This document shows positions 61,651 to 64,000 of a stretch of 64,000 bases of DNA, in pieces (position 1 is the stretch's first letter; every line of letters begins with the position of its first letter). The stretch comes from Obrimoposthia wandeli (taxonomy: Eukaryota), in assembly GCA_977020255.1 (NCBI GenBank), contig CDROCS010002642.1, positions 124,001-188,000 on the forward strand. Reading direction: 5' to 3'. Under the pieces are notes generated by a model. The model searched no databases. It had not been told where the DNA came from and saw nothing but the letters and a program-made list of their open reading frames with translations. The position numbers were made by a program, and so were the translations under genes.

Positions 61651-62184
61651 ATGAAAGACAGACATCTAACCAATTCACATCATCTAAAAGGATTATTATT
61701 AATCGATTATAAATTGATGATTATTCAAATAATGTTTGAAAAACACAATAGAAGGACAATAATCAATAGATATTTGCTCTTCTATGCTGTTTTCCAAACA
61801 TATATAATCGAATTAATTCAATAAAAAAGAAATCTTACTCGAGATTGGTAGCAGCAGCATAAAAATATAAATAAAAAATTTACCTTAATACTGCAGCTAA
61901 ATCCAATTCAGCAGTAGAGTGATGCGAATCTGATATCGCATTAACCGCACACATAATCCAATACAAGGCAGAGAAAATATCTGCCTTGTATTGGAGTGTA
62001 CAGTAGGGAAGAGAACATCACATCTGTATGTGTGTGTTATTTACAAATATTTACAAATAATGACACTTATTTGCAACATTTGTACACGTGATGTGCTTTA
62101 TCCCTTTGTGAATTATTTACTTTTCTATCACATATTGAGGACATGAGTCTTTCGGGACAACGACTATGAGCACACTTGATGGAT

Positions 62185-62495
62185 CTTCTTATTTGAGCTG
62201 CTTCTTTAAGGAAGTTATTTGAGTTGCTTCTTTTAAGGAAGTCATTTGAGTTGCTTCTTTTAAGATACTTCTTATTGCTGATTCTTCGAGTTACTACTTT
62301 GAGCTTATTCTTTAATATGGTTTTTCGAATAGGGTTCTCTCAAAGGGTCTAAAACCTTCAAAAGTGAACCCTCAAGGTTTCAAACCTTCAAAACATTTAT
62401 TTTTCTACTTTTCAAAGTTATATATAATAGCATTGATCTGACTTTGATTATACCTTCAAGGGTACATCTTCAAGGGTACACCTTCAAGGGTCCAA
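62185..62495. repeat. Short tandem arrays: about 26-bp unit x3 (atttgagttgcttcttttaaggaagt) and 14-bp unit x3 (ccttcaagggtaca, from 62453)
   Basis: Direct reading. Confidence 0.7.
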
Positions 62496-62869
62496 AACCT
62501 TCAAAAATTATTTTTTCAAAAAAAAATTGTTTAAATTTTCAAAACATTTTGGTGCCAAAATTAAAAAGTTTTTAAATCACTTGTACATCATTTTCACCAA
62601 AAACATTTTGTACATCAAAATTTTTGCCTCTGAATTTTTTTCATCAAAACTTTATTTCCTGAAAACTTATTTTCTTCAAAAACATCTTTGCTTCAAAAAT
62701 TGATTACTTCAAAATCAATTACTTTTAAAACAAAGTAATAAAAAAATAGAAAATCATAATTGAAAATTTGCCAAAATTTTGAAAAGCGCTAAAAATGATG
62801 CATTTAAACAAAAGAATGGAATGATCTTGGAATGACCTTGGCGTACTCGGGAGAATTGGTTGTGGTGAA

Positions 62870-63120
62870 AGGTTAGGGTTAGGGGTATGGCTCAGGGTTA
62901 GGNNNNNNNNNNNNNNNNNNNNNNNNNNNNNNNNNNNNNNNNNNNNNNNNNNNNNNNNNNNNNNNNNNNNNNNNNNNNNNNNNNNNNNNNNNNNNNNNNN
63001 NNNNNNNNNNNNNNNNNNNNNNNNNNNNNNNNNNNNNAGGGTTGGGGTTGGGGTTAAGGTTTGGGTTAGGGCTATGGCTGGGGTTAGGGTTAGGGTTAGG
63101 GATATGGGCGTGGTTAGGGT
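62870..63120 (+). repeat. Degenerate TTAGGG telomere-like array spanning an assembly gap
   Basis: ggttagggttagg on the left; gggttagggttagggttaggg plus TTGGGG/TTAAGG variants on the right. Confidence 0.85.
62903..63037. other. Assembly gap (135 N)
   Basis: Run of N. Confidence 0.99.
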
Positions 63121-63304
63121 AGAGTGTTTTATAATTTGGGAGTTTCATTATGTCTTATTCATATATCCTTATATAGAACTCACACGAGATATAAACAAAA
63201 TGAGTAATAATAACATACATTCATGAATACAACCAAACAAATCCTCAACCAATCATGTGAGGTTAGATAGAATATAAAAAATTAAGACATTATTTCTGAT
63301 CACA

Positions 63305-63810
63305 ATGTTGATAAACATCGAGAAGAAGACAGCAATATCAGAGAAGAGGATCAATTCCATTGCATTGAAGAAAAGAAGCAAGAAACAGTCTATGGATTTT
63401 ATTCAACAATTATATATCTCCAATGATGTCATCAAATTGAAGAAACCAAAATTTCAAATTCATATGGGATATGTATTTACTCAAAAATCCTATAACATAC
63501 CACTTCTCCAATCATGTCAATGTAAAGAAAATCAAGTTTGATTATATCATCAGATATATCCATGAAGAAGATGTTATACAATTGAATGAACTCATGCAAC
63601 AATTGCATATTGGATATAAAATCCATAGAAATTCTATATTGGTGAGAGCTGATGAACGTATTTTTGCAGATTATTGGAATGTTGAAAAGGATATGAAAAA
63701 TGGAAAATGGACCCTATTCATAATGATTCAAGGATTTATGACCAAATGTGATGGAAGTTTAAAACCTATATGAAAGATTACCGAAGGATGTATAATGTTA
63801 TAGAAATTAA
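63305..63810 (+). pseudogene. Intronless coding-like region of unknown family, probably one frameshifted ORF
   Basis: Overlapping ORFs 63305-63541 and 63471-63773; sequence after the TGA continues KITEGCIML; CCAAT (63249) and TATAAAA (63273) lie upstream. Confidence 0.3.
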
Positions 63811-64000
63811 TAATAAATATTGATGTTTTATCTTACGAATTTATGTCCAAATATAGACATGTACACATGCACCAACTTCCCTTGTTCTTGTCATTCAATT
63901 AGAAGCTTGTAATATTTTGCAAATACTTGCATCAATCAATCAGAACATGCACATCTTTACATATTTATGTACAAATATAGATATGTTCAGCAACTTTCCA

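Noticed and set aside
62879-63148. Pro-Asn repeat ORF
   Set aside because: Translation of the telomere-like repeat and the N gap.

Overview
AT-rich metazoan genomic DNA; no prokaryotic features, CRISPR arrays or RNA genes could be supported. One host gene spans nearly the whole window: a divergent bestrophin-family anion channel on the + strand. It has 10 coding exons from 7492 to 60980; all intron phases are consistent, giving 1575 nt and 524 aa. It keeps the I/F/F pore neck, but the acidic Ca2+-clasp is degenerate (NPFGDAQEDF), an Arg aligns to the aperture position, the YDW motif is lost, and there are two cytosolic insertions and a candidate alternative last exon. The introns are filled with transposable elements. 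There are two near-identical, oppositely oriented full-length hAT elements (15-bp TIRs, 8-bp TSDs) bracketing exons 3-6, plus a deleted derivative. Older elements include a fossil Polinton/adintovirus-type DNA polymerase B, four piggyBac remnants, L2/CR1-type LINE fragments, Tc1/mariner and pogo remnants, a TA-flanked MITE nested in an older ORF, and an unclassified 2.8-kb TIR element. A degenerate TTAGGG array spans a 135-N assembly gap near the right end. All family assignments come from motif recognition by eye; no database searches were run.
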